Shown: in pieces, positions 26,463 through 30,573 of the stretch
Numbering within the stretch: the stretch's first letter is position 1
How the letters are laid out: the number at the start of each line of letters is the position of its first letter
Origin: Clostridia bacterium
GTDB lineage: Bacteria; Bacillota; Clostridia; UMGS1883
Direction: 5' to 3'
Length of the DNA stretch: 30,573 nucleotides
Assembly (NCBI GenBank): GCA_051866635.1
Contig: JBJDXJ010000047.1
Location: forward strand, 1 to 30,573
The notes under the pieces: model-generated
Told to the model about the DNA's origin: nothing
Databases searched by the model: none
The model's input: the letters and a program-made list of their open reading frames with translations, nothing else
Made by a program: the position numbers and the translations under genes

Positions 26463-27497
26463 ATGGAAACGAAAGAGCTTTTGAAAAAACTAACCAATCC
26501 TGTGGCTATTTCAGGAAGTGAAGGCAACATAGGCTGTATTATAAAAGAGCTTTTAAAGGAACATGGCTGTGAAAATATTATAACTGATCCTATGGGTAAC
26601 ATCATAGGTGAATATAAATGCGGAAAAGAAAACGCACCAAGGCTGATGATAGAGGCACATATGGATGAAATCGGTCTGATGGTGTCAGGCATAAGCGATG
26701 AGGGCAGTTTATTATTTGTTCCCATAGGCGGTTTTGACGGTAAAGTTCTTCCGGGAAGCTGTGTTACCGTGCATACGGAAAAGGGTGACATTTTCGGGAT
26801 TATCGGGGCAAAACCTCCGCACCTTATAACAGAGCGAAATAAATGCGTAAAAATGCAGGATATGAGTGTTGACATAGGCTTTTGTCGTGAAGAAACTTTA
26901 AAGAGGGTTAAAATCGGTGATTTAATCAGCTTTAACAGCCTTTTTACTCCTCTTGACAAAATGGTTGCATCTCGCTCCTTTGACGACCGAGGTGGCGTTG
27001 CGGCTATGGTAAAAACCCTGGAATACGTGAAGGATTATAAAATTGAGTGCGATATTGTTTGCGGTATAACCGTTCAGGAAGAGCTTGGTATGCGTGGGGC
27101 AAAGGTTATATGCGAAAGTGCAAAGCCCGATGCGGCAATATGCATCGATGCGGGCTTTGGCACAAGTGCAAATTCTTCGGAAGGCTTTGACCTTGGAAGC
27201 GGTGTTATTTTGTCGGTGGGACCTAATTTGCACCCGAAGCTTAATGATTTAATATTACAGGTGGCAAAGGATAGTAAAATTGATGTTACTGTTGATGTTG
27301 AAAACGGAAACACCGGTACAAATGCATGGGCAATACAAGTTTCGGGAATTGGTGTGCCTACAGCACTTTTGTCTTTCCCACTTCGGTATATGCACTCAAC
27401 ATATGAGGTTATAGATGAAAAGGATATTGAAAGTATCGGCAGACTTATTGCACAGACTGCTCTTAATTACAAAGGAGGGGATCAGTTATGTTATTGA
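26463..27497 (+). CDS. M42 family metallo-aminopeptidase (paralog 1)
   Basis: 'AHMDEIG', 'FDDRGG', 'QEELG', 'CID', 'RYMHS'. Confidence 0.9.
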   Translation: METKELLKKLTNPVAISGSEGNIGCIIKELLKEHGCENIITDPMGNIIGEYKCGKENAPRLMIEAHMDEIGLMVSGISDEGSLLFVPIGGFDGKVLPGSCVTVHTEKGDIFGIIGAKPPHLITERNKCVKMQDMSVDIGFCREETLKRVKIGDLISFNSLFTPLDKMVASRSFDDRGGVAAMVKTLEYVKDYKIECDIVCGITVQEELGMRGAKVICESAKPDAAICIDAGFGTSANSSEGFDLGSGVILSVGPNLHPKLNDLILQVAKDSKIDVTVDVENGNTGTNAWAIQVSGIGVPTALLSFPLRYMHSTYEVIDEKDIESIGRLIAQTALNYKGGDQLCY

Positions 27498-28489
27498 TGG
27501 AAATGTTAAAAACAAATTCACCCTCCGGCTGTGAAGATGAAATGCGTGAGCTGATACTTGAAAATGTACGCCATATGGAGCATTTTATTGACACCATGGG
27601 AAATGTAATTGTGCATAAACCGGGAAAAGGGAAAAAAGTTCTTGTCAGTGCACACATGGACGAAGTTGGTTTTATCGTGTCAAAAATTACCGACAGCGGG
27701 GAGTTAAAATTTAAAAATGTTGGCGGAATTGAAACAACTGTTTTAGCAGGGAAAAAGGTGCTTATTGGTAAAAACCGTGTTCCCGGCGTGACGGGTGTTA
27801 AGGCGATACATCTTCAGTCAGGTAGTGAGAGAGATAATATGCTGAATGTTTCCGATATTGTTATCGATATCGGTGCCAAAGATAAAAATAGTGCGGAAAA
27901 CCTTGTTAAGGTGGGAGATTACGGAACATTTGCATCGGAAGCGGTTGAATTTGGTGACAACCTTTTAAAGTGCAAAGGCTTGGATGACAAGGTTGGCTGT
28001 GCGGCAGTTTTAGAAATATTGAATATGGAAACAGATGTTGATTTGTACGGTGCTTTTACAACACAGGAGGAAGTGGGTTGTCGTGGAAGCATTATTGCGG
28101 CAAACTTTGTAAAGCCTGATTACGCCATTGTTTTTGAAGGCACAACCTGCTCTGATGTGTTCCCCACCCCGAAAGAAAAGACAGTTACAATTTTAGGTAA
28201 CGGCTGTGCTTTGACGGCTATGGACCGTGCGGCAGTATCTGACAGAGAAATGCTTGAATTGGCAAAAAAAGTTGCAGATGAAAATAATATACCTTATCAG
28301 GTGAAACGCACCACAATGGGCGGCACTGATGCAGGAAGCATACAGAGAACGGGAAGCGGCGTAAAAACCTTGGTTATTTCCACACCTTGCCGTTATATTC
28401 ATTCCCCGGTTTGCGTTATGAACAAAAACGACTTTAATGCACAGGTGGAATTGGGAAAAGCGGTCATTAAAGAATTGGGGACAATGTGA
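27488..28489 (+). CDS. M42 family metallo-aminopeptidase (paralog 2)
   Basis: 'AHMDEVG', 'LDDKVG', 'QEEVG', 'VFEGT', 'GGTDA', 'RYIHS'. Confidence 0.9.
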   Translation: MLLMEMLKTNSPSGCEDEMRELILENVRHMEHFIDTMGNVIVHKPGKGKKVLVSAHMDEVGFIVSKITDSGELKFKNVGGIETTVLAGKKVLIGKNRVPGVTGVKAIHLQSGSERDNMLNVSDIVIDIGAKDKNSAENLVKVGDYGTFASEAVEFGDNLLKCKGLDDKVGCAAVLEILNMETDVDLYGAFTTQEEVGCRGSIIAANFVKPDYAIVFEGTTCSDVFPTPKEKTVTILGNGCALTAMDRAAVSDREMLELAKKVADENNIPYQVKRTTMGGTDAGSIQRTGSGVKTLVISTPCRYIHSPVCVMNKNDFNAQVELGKAVIKELGTM

Positions 28490-28502
28490 AAGGAAGATTA
28501 AA

Positions 28503-29483
28503 ATGGAATTATTGAAGAAAATAATAGAAGCCTACGGACCTTCAGGCAGAGAGGACCAGGTAAGGGAAGTTATAAAAAATGAGATAACGCCTTTTGTTGA
28601 TGAAATCATTGTTGACAATATGGGAAATCTTATCTGCCACAAAAAGGGCAAGGGCAAAAAGCTGATGATGGCGGCACATATGGACGAAATAGGCGTTATC
28701 GTAACGCATATTGACGAAAAAGGCTTTTTACGCTTTAGCTCGGTAGGTGGCGTTTATCCCACAAACTGCATTAACCGTACCGTAAGGTTTGAAAACGGAA
28801 CTATTGGCGTAATTTCAGGGGAAGGAAAAACTGCCCCTAAGGATTGGAGCCTTGACAAGATGTATATTGACATCGGTGCCGAAAGCTATTGTGAAGCGGC
28901 TACCAAGGTTCAAATCGGAGATATGGGCGTATTTGACAGCTGTTTTAGCGTGATGGGCAAAAAAATTACAGGCAAAACAATGGACGACAGAGTGGCTTGC
29001 TATGCCCTTATTGAGGCTGTTAAGAAAATTGAAAACTGCCCCAACGATTTTTATGCGGTGTTTACAACCCAGGAGGAATTAGGTCTCAGAGGGGCAAAAG
29101 TTGCCGCACAGATAATTGAACCTGACATGGCGATTGCCGTTGATGTGTCAAGTGTTGGAGATACACCTGAAAGCAAAATTATTGACCTTACTTTAGGCAA
29201 GGGACCATCTGTTAAAATAAAGGATGCGTCATATATTATAAGCCCTGTTGCACGGGACTTTATGATTAAGTGTGCAAATGAAATAGGTATTCCCTATCAG
29301 CTTGAAGCGGCAAGTTTCGGCGGTACTGATACAGGTGCTGTTATGCTTACGGGTAAGGGTGTTCCTTCTGCTACAACAAGCATACCTTGCAGATATATTC
29401 ATTCTCCCCAGGAAACTGTCCATGCTGACGATGTGGAAAATGAGATTAAGTTTTTGATTAAGATGATAGGAACGGAAATTTGA
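28503..29483 (+). CDS. M42 family metallo-aminopeptidase (paralog 3)
   Basis: 'AHMDEIG', 'MDDRVA', 'QEELG', 'AVDV', 'GGTDT', 'RYIHS'. Confidence 0.9.
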   Translation: MELLKKIIEAYGPSGREDQVREVIKNEITPFVDEIIVDNMGNLICHKKGKGKKLMMAAHMDEIGVIVTHIDEKGFLRFSSVGGVYPTNCINRTVRFENGTIGVISGEGKTAPKDWSLDKMYIDIGAESYCEAATKVQIGDMGVFDSCFSVMGKKITGKTMDDRVACYALIEAVKKIENCPNDFYAVFTTQEELGLRGAKVAAQIIEPDMAIAVDVSSVGDTPESKIIDLTLGKGPSVKIKDASYIISPVARDFMIKCANEIGIPYQLEAASFGGTDTGAVMLTGKGVPSATTSIPCRYIHSPQETVHADDVENEIKFLIKMIGTEI

Positions 29484-29484
29484 T

Positions 29485-30369
29485 ATGAAGGATTACATTG
29501 TAAATGCTATTACAAGTTGCGGTTCAATTCGTGTTATTGCCGCATCTACAACAAATATTTGTGAAAAAGCACGTGCAATACACGGCTTTTCACCTACTGC
29601 AACGGCGGCTGTTGGAAGGTGTCTGACAGCGGCGGCAATGATTGGCAGCACTTTAAAGGGCGAAAAGGATACCCTTACATTGCAATTTAAAGGCGACGGT
29701 CCCATCGGGCGTGTTGTTGCGGTAAGCGACAGTAAAGCTAAGGTGAAAAGCTATGCAGGGGACCCATATGTTGACTTGCCCTTAAAAAAGAACGGACACT
29801 TGGACGTTGGCGGTGCTGTTGGCAGAAACGGATATTTAAGCGTTATCCGTGACTTTGGCTTAAAGGAGCCATATGTAGGTCAGGTTGAGCTTGTAACAGG
29901 TGAAATTGCGGAAGATTTAACATATTACTATGCTAAAAGCGAACAGCTTCCTTCTGCGGTGGCATTAGGCGTAATTGTGGATAAAGATTTGAGCGTGAAA
30001 AGTGCAGGGGGATTTATAATTCAGCTTCTGCCCGGTGCAATGGATGAAGATATTGACCGCATTGAAAAAGCCATCGGAGAAATCGGCGAGGTGCCTAAAC
30101 TTATCGAGGAAGGGAAAACCCCTGAAGATATTATTTCAATGCTTCTTGACGGCTATGAGGTGGAATATTTTGATAAAATGGAGCCTGAGTATTACTGTGA
30201 CTGTTCAAAGGACAGAATGGCGAAGGCTATTATCAGCATAGGAAAAGACGAAATCAGAAGCATGATTGAGGAGGACGGACAGGCAGAAGTGTGCTGTCAG
30301 TTCTGCGATAAAAAGTACCTGTTTAGTAAAGAAGAACTTGAAGAATTGGGAAAGAATTGTTCGCATTAA
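29485..30369 (+). CDS. hslO: Redox-regulated chaperone Hsp33
   Basis: 'GDGPIG', 'GEIAEDL..YY..SEQ.PS', 'AGGFIIQLLP', Zn motif CDC...CQFC. Confidence 0.95.
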   Translation: MKDYIVNAITSCGSIRVIAASTTNICEKARAIHGFSPTATAAVGRCLTAAAMIGSTLKGEKDTLTLQFKGDGPIGRVVAVSDSKAKVKSYAGDPYVDLPLKKNGHLDVGGAVGRNGYLSVIRDFGLKEPYVGQVELVTGEIAEDLTYYYAKSEQLPSAVALGVIVDKDLSVKSAGGFIIQLLPGAMDEDIDRIEKAIGEIGEVPKLIEEGKTPEDIISMLLDGYEVEYFDKMEPEYYCDCSKDRMAKAIISIGKDEIRSMIEEDGQAEVCCQFCDKKYLFSKEELEELGKNCSH

Positions 30370-30378
30370 CTTACCTAA

Positions 30379-30416
30379 CTCAAATAAAATCCCTAAAATT
30401 AGGGATTTTATTTGAG
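30379..30416. terminator. Perfect 18-bp inverted repeat after hslO (terminator-like)
   Basis: CTCAAATAAAATCCCTAA-AA-TTAGGGATTTTATTTGAG. Confidence 0.6.
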
Positions 30417-30450
30417 GGGATAAAAAAGTATAATTTTTTCAAAAAAAGTG

Positions 30451-30479
30451 TTGACAAATTATAAAACCCCTGTTATAAT
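30451..30479 (+). promoter_or_regulatory. Consensus sigma-A stable-RNA promoter
   Basis: TTGACA-N17-TATAAT with extended TG and an upstream A/T-tract UP element. Confidence 0.9.
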
Positions 30480-30520
30480 AACTATTGTTGTTGAGATACA
30501 ACAAAGTCAAAATGGTGTAT

Positions 30521-30573
30521 GGGAGTTTAGCTCAGCTGGGAGAGCATCTGCCTTACAAGCAGAGGGTCATAGG
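30521..30573 (+). tRNA. tRNA-Val(TAC), 3' end truncated by the window edge
   Basis: GGGAGTT-TA-GCTC D-arm, anticodon arm TCTGC-CTTACAA-GCAGA (TAC at 30554-30556). Confidence 0.93.

Noticed and set aside
26463-29483. M42 genes as cellulases/endoglucanases (CelM/Frv-style labels)
   Set aside because: Metal-binding aminopeptidase motifs are intact; the cellulase label for M42 is a known misannotation
493-30241. Numerous 60-180 aa antisense or alternate-frame ORFs in the ORF track (e.g. 2158-2598, 3506-3997, 11939-12472, 20867-21382, 24849-25397)
   Set aside because: They lie almost entirely over well-supported genes and show no recognisable motifs; shadow ORFs
30521-30573. tRNA-Val as an integration site for an island in this window
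   Set aside because: No integrase or duplicated tRNA fragment was seen, and the 3' end lies outside the window

Overview
A mostly housekeeping chromosomal segment from a low-GC Firmicute, most likely a Clostridia member (inferred from sigma-A promoters, a SpoVD/SpoVE-type dcw cluster, DUF5711-cvpA and the ecfAA'T-truA block). Gene order: ThrE-type exporter pair (-); SAM methyltransferase-ecfA1-ecfA2-ecfT-truA-DUF5711-cvpA-Card1/DUF1887-like CARF nuclease (+); a ~160-bp nested inverted-repeat element; murL-murD2 (-); a divergent dcw cluster (mraZ-rsmH-ftsL-class B PBP-murE-mraY-ftsW-murG-murA-ftsQ-ftsZ); Cof HAD hydrolase, htrA, three tandem M42 peptidases, hslO and a truncated tRNA-Val(TAC). 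The most notable observation is that the dcw cluster has no murD, while a translationally coupled MurL epimerase + MurD2 ligase pair sits head-to-head with it. That pair is the glutamate-racemase-independent route to D-Glu peptidoglycan, characterised in Xanthomonas and some Actinobacteria. Also notable: an orphan CARF-nuclease with an altered ligand motif, a MITE-like element, MraZ and DnaA boxes in the dcw leader, and a probable sporulation-sigma promoter with an RBS-occluding hairpin before murA. All calls come from motif recognition by eye; no database searches were run.
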